DNA of 64,000 nucleotides from assembly GCA_041690135.1 (NCBI GenBank), contig JAWLHY010000001.1:544001-608000 (forward strand), given 5' to 3'. The position numbers and the translations under genes were made by a program. This document shows, one piece after another, positions 1-9,959 of the stretch. Numbering within the stretch: position 1 is the first letter of the stretch; every line of letters starts with the position of its first letter. The stretch comes from Armatimonadota bacterium (GTDB lineage Bacteria; Armatimonadota; SYMT01). Below the pieces are notes generated by a model. It made no database searches. It saw nothing but the letters and a program-made list of their open reading frames with translations, and had not been told where the DNA came from.

Positions 1-680
1 CGGTTAAGATACATTCCACCGAACCCGCCGCGCGCGTCGGATGACGAGTAGCCCAGCAGTCTCTTCTCGCGAAGACGGTGCACCCATTCCTCTACGGTTG
101 CCCAGTCATAAGCGATTCGAGTGCCTGCCTCGTGCGGATGGTTGTAGTCAAACTCACCCACAACTAGTTGCGGGAATGGCCGCGACACCAGGCTTACGTT
201 CGGCCATGGGTGATCCGAAGTTTCCGGACGATTTGCTTCCGGGCATCGACCGAGCGCCGCCATGACCGCCAATCCGGGCGCGTCAATCTCTTCCAATAAG
301 GTACGAGCCAGGCTGGCGTCCTCCCATTCGCTGCTCCCTGTGCCAAGCGGAGCGGTGTTGAGGAGTAGATCGCGGAAACGCAGACGCACATCCTCGTTCG
401 TAGCGCGCCCTACCCGCGGCAAGACGGATTCGAGCAAGGACGCGTACTCTTCCGAGCTAACGTTGGGCGTCTGCTTGCCCGCCTCCAGGGCCTCGGCTAC
501 TTCGGTGAGAGTTTGCTCAATCCGCCTGAACCGCAGCTCGACTGCGGGTCCGTAGATGAACTGCTCAATGGCCGGCCCAATGTAGGGCACAGACTTAAGC
601 ACACCCTGGAGCACATTTGCCGCCTGATCCTGGCGGGACAGGCGTTCCAAACCTTCCGGGGCCTTCGTTAAATTAGTCAT
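1..680 (-). CDS. Hypothetical cassette protein, runs off the left window edge (weakly Abi-alpha/DUF4393-like)
   Basis: Not in the ORF track. Read manually from ATG 680 (MTNLTKAPEGLERLSRQDQAANVLQGVLKSVPYIGPAIEQF...), open to position 1. Starts just after the attC-like core at 719-725. Confidence 0.7.
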   Translation of the reverse strand, partial: MTNLTKAPEGLERLSRQDQAANVLQGVLKSVPYIGPAIEQFIYGPAVELRFRRIEQTLTEVAEALEAGKQTPNVSSEEYASLLESVLPRVGRATNEDVRLRFRDLLLNTAPLGTGSSEWEDASLARTLLEEIDAPGLAVMAALGRCPEANRPETSDHPWPNVSLVSRPFPQLVVGEFDYNHPHEAGTRIAYDWATVEEWVHRLREKRLLGYSSSDARGGFGGMYLN

Positions 681-718
681 TTTATAACAATGAATTTCAG
701 CAGATGTATCGCAACGTG

Positions 719-805
719 GCCTAACGCCAAGCTCACGCGCCGCACTAGCTGCATTGGTTCAGCGGTAGCACCAGTCTGCACGGTCGGGTACATCGACTGT
801 CAGAC
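719..805 (-). repeat. attC-like integron recombination site (degenerate left core)
   Basis: Minus strand GTCTGAC-AGTCGATGTACCCGACC...GCGGCGCGTGAGCTTGGC-GTTAGGC. Ends in a GTTRRRY core, is an imperfect palindrome and is homologous to 2058-2143. Confidence 0.65.
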
Positions 806-862
806 CACTCCTGGGGTTTAGAGTTGGCCGGTACTCGGAAGTACCATCTTCTTGACCGTATC

Positions 863-2002
863 TCACGCCATCAGGCCTTGAAACAGACTGCGAACCCAGG
901 TTCCGTCGCCCCAATCAACATGGTAAACAATGACATTAAGTGAGTCGCACAAGCGAGTCCGAGCTTCTGCTTCTGCTGAGCGAAATGAGAGAAGTAGGTG
1001 AGTGAGCGCAGTCGGTCGCGTAATACCACCAAATCCCGACCCAACTAATGGCATATAGAGGTCACCTCGAACGGGGCCAGCGGCAAGATTCTGCCATGCT
1101 TTTCGCAAGGCTAGCGCGAGGGACTCTTCGCTGAGACTAGCTATATATCGGCCGCCACTTCTACTGAGATACGTCAATGACAAGAGCACAATAGGCCCTT
1201 GCTCTGTCTCCATATGCACTAATGAGCCGGGTTCGTAAGGCACCTGACGTCCTGGTTTTTCAAGCGATACTTGGCTCTGCGCTACTGAAAGATCACATCT
1301 GCTAATCTCATCATCAAGGTCCTTATCGAACCTGGCAAGCTGCTCGCTATTACCCAGCAGAGCAATGCGCTTACCCAAAGTAGAACGGGGATCTACAATG
1401 CCACCTTCAAAGGTAGTGTCCAGATAAACATTCGCTGGAAATAGAATGGTGTTTGAATTGCTAACGTAGTTAGTGATATCACCCTTTATGACTCTAATTT
1501 CTGAATTGCGCAGTTTGCAAGAGAATTGCTCAGGATTGCGACGACCTAATAATGAGATCTGATCTCCTATCTGTGTAGCCGCCGGTCCTAATGCCGCAAG
1601 CAAGTTGCCATCTGAGCGATCGGCCGGATACATTGCCGCGGTAACTCCAGCCAAGTCACTCGGGAGTTTGAAATCTCTTGCGTCGCAGGCGAGGATGAAC
1701 GTACGGTTCCTGCCCAACGAGCCCATGAACAAGCCTAACTCGAAGAGAACGTTGTCCCGGGGTGTGTTGTGCTCTACACCACGAATAAGGGCAGTATCAT
1801 CAGGCGTGAGGACCAAGACCGCAAAATCATACTTGGTGGCAACATCCACGAGCGTTTCGAGTGTGCCACCACTCAGTAGTCCGAAGACCCCTTGACTCCA
1901 GATAGTTACCTCTGCACAAGCCGCCAAATGTATTTGGAGCTTTTTGGCAACAGCAAGACCCTCGGTTGAAGAACCTACGAAAACTGAAGGTTTGGACATC
2001 AT
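863..2002 (-). CDS. CAP12/Pycsar-type TIR domain fused to a ThsA-type Macro domain
   Basis: N-terminus has KPSVFVGSSTEGL, YDFAVLVLTPDD, PRDNVLFELGLFMG and LPSDLAG (TIR with catalytic E). C-terminus has IKGDI, FPANVYLDT and MPLVGSGFGG (Macro). AGGAG RBS precedes ATG ATG at 2002/1999. Confidence 0.85.
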   Translation of the reverse strand: MMSKPSVFVGSSTEGLAVAKKLQIHLAACAEVTIWSQGVFGLLSGGTLETLVDVATKYDFAVLVLTPDDTALIRGVEHNTPRDNVLFELGLFMGSLGRNRTFILACDARDFKLPSDLAGVTAAMYPADRSDGNLLAALGPAATQIGDQISLLGRRNPEQFSCKLRNSEIRVIKGDITNYVSNSNTILFPANVYLDTTFEGGIVDPRSTLGKRIALLGNSEQLARFDKDLDDEISRCDLSVAQSQVSLEKPGRQVPYEPGSLVHMETEQGPIVLLSLTYLSRSGGRYIASLSEESLALALRKAWQNLAAGPVRGDLYMPLVGSGFGGITRPTALTHLLLSFRSAEAEARTRLCDSLNVIVYHVDWGDGTWVRSLFQGLMA

Positions 2003-2057
2003 TCTCCTAGCCGGACATGTCGTCAAATCAGCTTCAGGTTGAGCGACCATTCATGCG

Positions 2058-2143
2058 GCCTAACACCAAGCTCACCCGCCGATTAACTCGCATTTGTTCA
2101 ACGTACCAGCCGTGTACGCTGTCGGGTTCAGCGACTTTCAGGC
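2058..2143 (-). repeat. attC-like integron recombination site (degenerate left core)
   Basis: Minus strand GCCTGAA-AGTCGCTGAACCCGAC...CGGCGGGTGAGCTTGGT-GTTAGGC, directly upstream of the TIR-Macro gene. Confidence 0.65.
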
Positions 2144-2747
2144 CCTGACTTGGGCTCAGCATTACCTTCCGGCACGCGGGCGTCGGGTTCGTGGCGCCCA
2201 CTGCCGCCAGTTCGGAGGACTTCCGCACGGCTGATTGGCGCGAACCACTCCGCCGTTTCTCCGTAAGACCCGTATTTCAATGCGGGGTCGGGCCGGGCCT
2301 GCGACCGCGCCCCCGTTAAAGGCACCTTCACCCGTGCTGCCGGTACCAATGGGCTCACCCATCTGTATGGATCCGACGCAGCTCCTGTTTAGGTCGCGAA
2401 TGGCCGCCGAAGTGGAAGCCAGCCCACACCGGCCGCCTGCTCGATTATACAGCAGCATTGCGACCCTGCCAACAGCAGCACCACCGGAAACGGTATCCGG
2501 ACCCCTGTGAATCTCACCACCGGGATCTCATCGGTCCGACAAAGTTTCGCGCACCCCCGCGCCTTCATCGCGTCCCCCCTAAATAGCGCCATCGCAGCTT
2601 CCCATCGGCGCTTCTCCCGCCCCGCCGTGGCGGCTTCTGTCCTCCATTTCCCTTCCATGAGTGGCCCACGGGACTTCCCCCGCCGACTCTCTGTCGTAAT
2701 TCGATCCGCACACAGGTCGGTTCAGTTTCCCTGAATGCGCATCGCTC

Positions 2748-2832
2748 TGTCGCCCCTCCGGGGCTGTTCTGTGCGGGGACAGGTCCGGGGGCTTGCGCCC
2801 CCGGCTACTCTCTCTCCGCCCCTCCGGGGCTA
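2748..2832. repeat. REP-like palindromic cluster (CGCCCCTCCGGGGCT x2 flanking CCGGGGGCTTGCGCCCCCGG)
   Basis: Short GC hairpins repeated in an intergenic region. Confidence 0.55.
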
Positions 2833-3142
2833 CGAAACTGGTTCTTGCCGAAAACTGAACCGCCCTGAATCCGCACCGACACCTCGTCGGGAACCTGCTT
2901 TCCAAGAACCTGTCCCGGTCTGGCGTCTGGCCCCTCTCCGTTCCCTCTCCGTGCTAACTCCGTGTCTCAGTGGTGAAAACGCCGCGGTGCCGGAAACGTG
3001 AGCAGGACCGTGTGACGAGACTGCCGAATTCCTTGTTGGAGCCGTCGTGCCGTCGGTTGAGGCACCGGTTCACCTCCACGTCCTGAACCGCGGAGGACGG
3101 GGAGAGCGCAGTCCGCTGGAATCCGAACAGGGGGTACGGCCG

Positions 3143-4492
3143 ATGTTCATCACCAAGCGAGCCTTACCGCGCCGGACGGTCCTGCGCGGCGCCGGGGCGA
3201 CCTTGCTCCTGCCGCTGCTGGACGCCATGATCCCCGCGGCGACCGCCCAGGCGGACACGCCGGCCGCTCCTGCGCGCCTGCGCCGGCTGGGGTTCGTGTT
3301 CATGCCGATGGGCTCGGACATCACCCGGTGGACGCCTCCCGGGGGACTCACCCTCGACCAACTCTCACCCAGCCTGGAACCGCTGGAGCCCGTCAAGGAG
3401 CACGTCACCGTCGTCAGCAACCTGGAGCTGCTCAACGCCTACCCGGGCACGCACTCTTCGTCCAATTCCGCCTTCCTCAGCGCGGCCCGAGCCAAGCACA
3501 CCGAGAGCTCCGACTACTACCTCGGCACCACGGTTGACCAGATCGCGGCCCGGCAGATCGGCCGGGAGACGCCGCTGCCGTCGCTGGAGTTGGCGATCGA
3601 TCTGCTCTCGACCGTCGGCCAGTGCGACAACGGCTTTGCCTGCGTCTACCAGAACTGCCTGTCGTGGTCCTCGCCCACCACGCCGCTTCCCGCGGAGGCT
3701 CATCCGCGCCTCGTGTTCGAGCGCCTGTTCGGCGAGGGAGGGGGACCCGCCGAGCGGCGCGCGGCGCTGCGGAAGCGCGCGAGTCTTCTCGATGCCGTCA
3801 CCGGCGAGTTCGACCGTTTGCAGCGTCAGCTCGGACCCGCGGACCGCGCCCGGGTGAGCGGCTACCTGGAGAGCCTGCGCGAAGTCGAGCGGCGCATCCA
3901 GAAGGCCGAGGCCGGCGCGAAGGAGAACGCGCTGCCGGACCTGGACCGGCCGGTGGGCGTGCCCGCCGCCTATGCGGACCACGTCCGCCTGATGTTCGAT
4001 CTCCAGGTGCTGGCAATGCAGGCCGGCGTCACCCGGGTGATCACCTTCCAGATGGCGCGGGAAACCAGCAACCGCACGTACCCGGAGATCGGCGTGCCGG
4101 ACCCGCACCACCCGCTGACGCACCACGGCAACGACCCGGACAAGGTCGCCCGCATGGCGAAGATCAACCGGTTTCACGTGTCGCTCTTCGCCTACTTCCT
4201 CGAGCGGCTGAAGGCGACGCGAGAGGGGAGCGGCTCGCTGTTGGACCATTCCCTCCTCCTCTACGGCAGCGGGATGGGCAACCCGAACGTCCACGACCAC
4301 ACCAACCTGCCGATCCTCGTCGCCGGCGGCGCCGCGGGCCGGATGAAGGGCGGGCGGCACCTCCGGTACGCGCAGCCCACTCCGCTGGCGAACCTGCACC
4401 TCACGCTCCTCGACCGGGTGGGCGTCCGCCTCGACCGGTTCGGCGATAGCACCGGCAAAATGGATGAGCTGTTCGAACCGCTGTCGATATAG
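3143..4492 (+). CDS. DUF1552 family protein
   Basis: Tat-like RRTVLRGAGATLLLPLLDAM, LPSLELAID, HPRLVFERLFG, LLDHSLLLYGSGMGN and HDHTNLP motifs. Start taken at MFITKR. Confidence 0.85.
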   Translation: MFITKRALPRRTVLRGAGATLLLPLLDAMIPAATAQADTPAAPARLRRLGFVFMPMGSDITRWTPPGGLTLDQLSPSLEPLEPVKEHVTVVSNLELLNAYPGTHSSSNSAFLSAARAKHTESSDYYLGTTVDQIAARQIGRETPLPSLELAIDLLSTVGQCDNGFACVYQNCLSWSSPTTPLPAEAHPRLVFERLFGEGGGPAERRAALRKRASLLDAVTGEFDRLQRQLGPADRARVSGYLESLREVERRIQKAEAGAKENALPDLDRPVGVPAAYADHVRLMFDLQVLAMQAGVTRVITFQMARETSNRTYPEIGVPDPHHPLTHHGNDPDKVARMAKINRFHVSLFAYFLERLKATREGSGSLLDHSLLLYGSGMGNPNVHDHTNLPILVAGGAAGRMKGGRHLRYAQPTPLANLHLTLLDRVGVRLDRFGDSTGKMDELFEPLSI

Positions 4493-4940
4493 AGGTTGCG
4501 GGTTGAAGCCCCCCTCGGGGGCCAGGGGTTGAAGGTTGAAAGTTGGACCCCTGGGGTCGGAAGGGGTACGGTTTTGCCGCGACCGCTCCCGGGCGGGAAG
4601 GCTGGAAGGTCGGGAACCCGGGCTGTGATGCAGGGTGGTGGAGTAGGGGGCAAGAGGGGGTCTTGGAACTACCGCCGCAGTTCCCTGTGCCGAGTGGATG
4701 GGTGAGGTAGTTCCAGTCGGCGAAGGTTTACGCCCCGCGGGGGTGCCGACTTAGTGCCTTTTCGGCTTGCGACTTTTGGTCGCCTGGCTGTAAGTGCGCC
4801 TGTAGTTCTAAACAGCACCGCAGAAAACCCGACCCCTCTGAGATGCTCGCGATCTTCTTTCCTTTCCTGTTTCCTTCCGCGTGCTTCCGTGTGTTCCGCG
4901 GGCAAAATGGTTCCTCAATTCCGCTGTTTTGTTTAGTCCT

Positions 4941-6383
4941 ATGCGTATCCTGCTGCTGCTTCTGCTCTTATCCATGCCGGCGGCCGCGACCCCGCCTGCG
5001 TCGCCGCTGGCCGATGCGGTGGAGAAGCGAGACCACGCGCGAGTCCAGTCCCTGATGGAGAAGCGGGCCGATGTCAACGCGGCGCAGGTCGACGGCATGA
5101 CCGCCCTGCACTGGGCGGTCCACCACGAGGACCTGGCGACGGCCAGGCGACTTGTGACGGCGGGTGCCGACGTGAAGGCGGCCAACCGCTACGGAGTGCG
5201 ACCCCTTTCCCTGGCCTGCACGGCCGGTAACACCGAGTTGGTCGAGCTGCTGCTTAAGGCCGGCGTGGACCCGAACACCCAATTACCGGGTGGGGAGACC
5301 GCGCTGATGACGGCGGCCCGCACCGGCCGCGTGGGACCGGTGCGGGCGCTGCTGGCCCGCAAAGCGGACGTGAACGCGAAGGAGCGCGGCGGGCAGACCG
5401 CCCTGATGTGGGCGGCGGCGGAAGGCCATTCCGAGGTTGTGCAGCTGTTGATGGAGGCCGGAGCGGACTTCCGCAAGCCCCTGCCTTCGGGCTTCACTCC
5501 CCTCCATTTCGCCGCGCGGGAGGGTCGCCGGGAAGTGGTGCGGGTGCTGCTGAAAGCCGGCGCCGACGTGAACGAGGCCATGCAGCCCCAGAGGTCGGGA
5601 GGCAAGAACCCGCGGAAGGGGACCAGCCCGCTCCTCCTCGCCGTGGAAAACGGTCACTTCGAGCTGGCGGTGGATCTGCTCCAATCCGGCGCCGACCCAA
5701 ACGACCAGCGCTCCGGGTACACCCCGCTGCACGCCATCACCTGGGTCCGGCGGCCCAACAGCGGCGACGGCCCGGATGGCGACCCGCCCCCGGTGGGGTC
5801 CGGCAGCATGAGCAGCCTGCAGTTCGTCCGGGAGGTGGTGGCTCGCGGCGCCGACGTGAACGTGCGCCTCCAGGGCGGGGCCTCCGGCCGGGCGCGGCTG
5901 AACGAGAAGGGGGCTACCCCGTTCCTCTTCGCCTCCCACACCGCCGACCTACCGCTGATGCGCCTGCTGGTGGAGCTGGGCGCCGACCCGAAGATCCCCA
6001 ACGCCGATCGCTGCCCGCCCCTGCTGGCCGCCGCCGGCATCGGCATTATGGCGCCGGGGGAAGAAGCCGCTACCCACGAGGAAGTCGTCGAGGCCGTGAA
6101 GTACCTCCTGGAGCTCGGCGCCGACATCAACGCGGTGGACGACAACGGCGAAACCGCGATGCACGGCGCGGCCTACCGCAATGCTCCCAAGGTCGCCGCC
6201 TTCCTGGCCGATCCCGGAGGCCGCCCGGGCGTGGACATCCGGATCTGGAACCGCGCGAACAAGTACGGCTGGACCCCGCTTCGGATCGCGGAGGGGTACC
6301 GGGTCGGCAACTTCAAACCCGCCCCCGAAACCCTCGCGGAGATCCGTCGCATCATGCTCGCGAACGGCGTCCCGCCGCCGTAG
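4941..6383 (+). CDS. Secreted ankyrin-repeat protein
   Basis: Signal peptide MRILLLLLLL and many G.TALH/TPL..A...GADVN repeats. Confidence 0.9.
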   Translation: MRILLLLLLLSMPAAATPPASPLADAVEKRDHARVQSLMEKRADVNAAQVDGMTALHWAVHHEDLATARRLVTAGADVKAANRYGVRPLSLACTAGNTELVELLLKAGVDPNTQLPGGETALMTAARTGRVGPVRALLARKADVNAKERGGQTALMWAAAEGHSEVVQLLMEAGADFRKPLPSGFTPLHFAAREGRREVVRVLLKAGADVNEAMQPQRSGGKNPRKGTSPLLLAVENGHFELAVDLLQSGADPNDQRSGYTPLHAITWVRRPNSGDGPDGDPPPVGSGSMSSLQFVREVVARGADVNVRLQGGASGRARLNEKGATPFLFASHTADLPLMRLLVELGADPKIPNADRCPPLLAAAGIGIMAPGEEAATHEEVVEAVKYLLELGADINAVDDNGETAMHGAAYRNAPKVAAFLADPGGRPGVDIRIWNRANKYGWTPLRIAEGYRVGNFKPAPETLAEIRRIMLANGVPPP

Positions 6384-6585
6384 CGTGCGCCCGCGGAAAC
6401 GACCCGGGAAGAGTAAGTAGACCAGAAGAAGGCCCCGGAGAAGAGGCCCGCATCGCCGTGATTGGCCCCATGCTGTCCCGCGGCTTCAGCCCACTCGACG
6501 CATATCCGCCAGGCAAAGCAGGCTGATTCCCAGGTCTTCGTGCGCCGGGCGAAAGCGGTCTAGGGGCCGTGCTCCTCTCAATTTT

Positions 6586-6665
6586 CCTTTGCAGCCCTTT
6601 GCAGCCCTTTGCGGCCCTTTGCGGCCCTTTGCGGCCCTTTGCGGCTCTCTGCGCCTCTGCGGTGA
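6586..6665 (+). repeat. 10-bp tandem repeat GCRGCCCTTT x5 followed by CTCTGCGCCTCTGCGGTGA
   Basis: Read directly. Related short repeats occur near 2945-2975 and 4875-4900. Confidence 0.8.
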
Positions 6666-6720
6666 GTTCGGTGAGAGTCGCGAAGGACCCGCCTGCCGCG
6701 CTGCGGAACGGTGAAGCGAC

Positions 6721-8247
6721 ATGACTCGTCCTAACCCGCCCCGCATCAACCGCCGCGACGTCCTCGCGAGCGGCGTCACCCTGGCCGCCGGCACCGCGGC
6801 CCGCGCCGCCCGCCCCGAGGGGGTGCGCCGCGAGAACGCCCGCGAGGGCACTACGGACTGGCAGCTCACGCGCGTCCGCATCAACCAGGGGAAGTGGCGC
6901 ACCTCGCTGATCGAGGGATACTGCTCGCAGCAGTCGTACCGGGCCGGGGACACGCTGCGGATCTGCGTGAGCACGGACCCCGCGCGCCGGTTCCACCTGG
7001 ACCTCTACCGGATGGGTTACTACGGCGGGAGCGGCGCGCGCCGGGTGCGGCGGTGGGAGGCGCTGGCGGGGAAAACGCAGCCCGTGCCGCCGATGGGCCC
7101 GCTTCCGGGCCGGCTGCGGGAGTGCCGCTGGGAGCCTTCGGTGGAGGTAACCATCCCGGAAGATTGGCCGAGCGGCGTCTACCTGGGGAAGCTCACCACC
7201 GTCCCGGAGAGCCGGAGCGAGCCGTACTGGCAGAGCTACGTGATCTTCGTGGTCCGTGACGACCGGCCGGCGGACGTCCTCTTCCAGGTGAGCGACAACA
7301 CCTGGCAGGCCTATAACCAGTGGCCGGTGGCCGAGTCCCTCTACACCCACCCGGACGGGGCCCATGCCGCCGGCGTGGCGGTCTCCTTCGACCGTCCCTA
7401 TGGCATGTACACCCAGATCTTCCAACCGGCGCTCTCCATCGGCTCGGGGGAGTTCCTGCTCTGGGAGTACCCCCTCTGCTACTGGCTGGAGCAGCACGGC
7501 TACGACGTCACCTACGCCTCCAACAGCGACTGCATGGACCCCGCCTTCCTCACGCGGGCGAAGGTGTTCCTCAGCGTCGGCCACGACGAGTACTGGGACC
7601 CCCGCCAGTACGCGGCCGCGGAAGCGGCGATCGAGGCGGGGGTGAGTTACCTCTGGCTCTGCGGCAATTCCGTGTTCGTCACCTCGCCCTTCTCGACCAG
7701 CCACGACGGCCGCCCGCAGCGGATCATCACCCGGACCGGAACCTTCGGCGCCCTGCGCGAAGAGGAGCTCGCCGCCTACCCCAAGCTCTTCCCCGGCATC
7801 GTCCAGCGCGGCCCGGACGAGCGGCGCATCATCGGCGCGCGCAGCGTCGTTCCGTTCAACGGCGGGGGCGACTGGACGTGCGTGAAGCCGGAGCACTGGA
7901 TCTTCGCGGGCACCCGCATGCGCCGCGGGGAGAGCATTCCGGGCCTGGTCGGCTGGGAGCACCACGGCGACCCGGATCCGGACCGCGCTGGCCTGGAGGT
8001 GGTGGCGGAGGGTTCCGTGTGGGCAGGCGGCACACAGGAAGGGCGCTACGCCGCCACGGTCTTTCCCGGCCCGGCCGGCAACGTGGTCTTCAACGCGGCC
8101 ACCATCTTCTGGAGCCAGGGCCTGGCATCACCGCCAGGACACATCCTCCCGTGGAGCCACTGGAGCCGTCCCCACGGGCCGGACCCGCGGGTGCAGCGGA
8201 TCACCCGGAACGTCCTGCGCCGAGCCCTCCAACCCGCGCGAAAGTAA
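6721..8247 (+). CDS. Tat-exported N,N-dimethylformamidase beta-subunit family protein
   Basis: RRDVL Tat motif, IEGYCS, DLYRMGYYGG, SDNTWQAYN, SVGHDEYW, VFNAATIFW. Confidence 0.8.
   Translation: MTRPNPPRINRRDVLASGVTLAAGTAARAARPEGVRRENAREGTTDWQLTRVRINQGKWRTSLIEGYCSQQSYRAGDTLRICVSTDPARRFHLDLYRMGYYGGSGARRVRRWEALAGKTQPVPPMGPLPGRLRECRWEPSVEVTIPEDWPSGVYLGKLTTVPESRSEPYWQSYVIFVVRDDRPADVLFQVSDNTWQAYNQWPVAESLYTHPDGAHAAGVAVSFDRPYGMYTQIFQPALSIGSGEFLLWEYPLCYWLEQHGYDVTYASNSDCMDPAFLTRAKVFLSVGHDEYWDPRQYAAAEAAIEAGVSYLWLCGNSVFVTSPFSTSHDGRPQRIITRTGTFGALREEELAAYPKLFPGIVQRGPDERRIIGARSVVPFNGGGDWTCVKPEHWIFAGTRMRRGESIPGLVGWEHHGDPDPDRAGLEVVAEGSVWAGGTQEGRYAATVFPGPAGNVVFNAATIFWSQGLASPPGHILPWSHWSRPHGPDPRVQRITRNVLRRALQPARK
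8118..8238 (+). repeat. Degenerate direct repeat, copy 1 (3' end of the DMFase-like gene)
   Basis: Matches 9610-9728, e.g. agccgtccccacgg.ccggacccg.gggtgcagcggatcacccg. Confidence 0.8.
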
Positions 8248-8270
8248 GAGCCTCCAGGTGTAATCGGGAG

Positions 8271-9497
8271 TCAGCGCCTTTGCTCCGCCGCTTCTGTCAA
8301 GAGCCCCCACAGTGTCTCACGGTGCCGGGGGAGACCGAACGCCTCGCAGATGTCCATATGCTGGTCGCACAGCGGATTCATGCGTTCCCAGAGAGGGTTG
8401 CTGCCGATGGCCTGCAGCGCGCGAAGCTGGTTCGCCGTCAGCTTCAACGGGTCCAGGTACTCCGCTCGCAGGCCGAGAGGCTGCGCACGATCGGGAACCC
8501 ACTTCACGCGCTTCGGCTTCCGAAATACGAGGGACAGCAGCGCCACCCACACGTGCGGCCGAGAGCCCGTATCGTTCGATGCGGCGGCCCGGCACATGGC
8601 CGACACCAGAGGCCCGCTCGGTTTCGGCCGAATCGCGGCGAGCAGATCGGCTGCGTGGGCGACGGGCCCGGAGATGTGCCACCCTTCCAGGCCGTCGAGG
8701 GGGCCGTCCCCCATACGGCCCTCCACCGCCTCCAGTAACAGGGCCAGCGCGTCATCCGGTAACCGGTCAGCGAGCACTACCCCCAGCGACAGGGCGGCCG
8801 CCAGCCGGACCGGGACTGGCTGCGCGGGAACCAGAGATTTTTTGAGCACGGGAACATCCGAGAGATCCTGCAGGGAGCGGCCCAGCAGGCCCAGGCAAAG
8901 GATCGCATTCGCGCGTTCACCGGGCGAAGTCACTTCACCGGCGACCGTCCGCACGAGCCGCGCGGAATCAAGGGCCTCGCCGGGAAACCAAGCCAGGGCC
9001 CGCACCGCCGAGCGCCGCACGGTCTCGCCCTCGTCGCGGGCGAGTTGCCGGAAGACTTCTACCCCGCGCGCCACTGCCTCGTAGGCATCCCTTTCCCACA
9101 GCGCGATGAGGCCCGCGTCCGGCTCCTCGTCCGGAGGCGGCGGGGCTGCCCGCGCTGCGTCCAGATCGGCCTTCCGGGCGAGCTTCTCCACGGCCCGGAA
9201 CTCCTTCTGGGGATCGAAGCCGCGCGCGAGGTGCTTCTCCGGATAGCCGACCGCCAGTTGGACGAGTAGCCCGATAATCGCGCTCCGCAACGTGGTGCCT
9301 GGCGACTGGAGCGCCTCGAAAAGCAGCGGCACCGCCGGCGCGCTCGCGGGGTAGCGGTATCCGTCATGGCAGAGAGTCGCCTCCAGGCGGCTGAGTGCTT
9401 CCTGCTGCGCGGGTGCCTCGGGGGCGGTTAGCGCGCGAATGTCCTCCGGAACGTGCTCGGCAGTGCCGTACGCATCCGTCAACCGGCTCCAGTTCAC
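8271..9497 (-). CDS. HEAT/armadillo-repeat protein
   Basis: WSRLTDAYG.AEHVP start and VRRSAVRALA / VRLAAALSLG HEAT units. GTG start at 9497 preferred over 9878. Confidence 0.7.
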   Translation of the reverse strand: MNWSRLTDAYGTAEHVPEDIRALTAPEAPAQQEALSRLEATLCHDGYRYPASAPAVPLLFEALQSPGTTLRSAIIGLLVQLAVGYPEKHLARGFDPQKEFRAVEKLARKADLDAARAAPPPPDEEPDAGLIALWERDAYEAVARGVEVFRQLARDEGETVRRSAVRALAWFPGEALDSARLVRTVAGEVTSPGERANAILCLGLLGRSLQDLSDVPVLKKSLVPAQPVPVRLAAALSLGVVLADRLPDDALALLLEAVEGRMGDGPLDGLEGWHISGPVAHAADLLAAIRPKPSGPLVSAMCRAAASNDTGSRPHVWVALLSLVFRKPKRVKWVPDRAQPLGLRAEYLDPLKLTANQLRALQAIGSNPLWERMNPLCDQHMDICEAFGLPRHRETLWGLLTEAAEQRR

Positions 9498-9609
9498 CGG
9501 ATCCAATCCCTTCTCCCCTTCAGCGCATCGCCGGGTCCGCTGATGAGAACCCCCCCCGTTTCCGGAAGGTTGTCCCCCAATCCTCTCTGCGGCATTGGGT
9601 GTGCATCCG

Positions 9610-9728
9610 GGACCTCTCGTTGCCGCCGGCATATTCTTTCCTGGACCCACGGCAGCCGTCCCCACGGACCGGACCCGTGGGTGCAGCGGATCACCCGAAT
9701 CGTGCTGCACCGGGCCCTCCAGCCGGCA
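9610..9728 (+). repeat. Degenerate direct repeat, copy 2 (remnant of the DMFase-like gene 3' end)
   Basis: Translates to HILSWTHGSRPHGPDPWVQRITRIVLHRALQP, versus HILPWSHWSRPHGPDPRVQRITRNVLRRALQP in the intact gene. Confidence 0.8.
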
Positions 9729-9959
9729 CGAAACCGCTGAACAAGACCACGGAACGGGAACGGGTTCTGCCCGCAAACTTGCCCGTATGGGAACACACGG
9801 AAAGCGCGGAAGAAGGGGACCCTTCCCTCTCGGGGGAAAGTTCCTCTTACCGGAGGCGGAAGCCCGTCTCCTCCGCATATTTGCGACGAAGCCGGATCGC
9901 GATCCAGCTATGTCCGTGAGGATTGGTGATCGTATCCGGGCAGTTTAAGGAGGCAAGAG

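Noticed and set aside
6576-6590. CTCAATTTT match outside the element
   Set aside because: Lacks the T-run and the second box; probably chance.
6586-6650. Possible CRISPR array
   Set aside because: 10-bp tandem units with no spacers and no cas genes.
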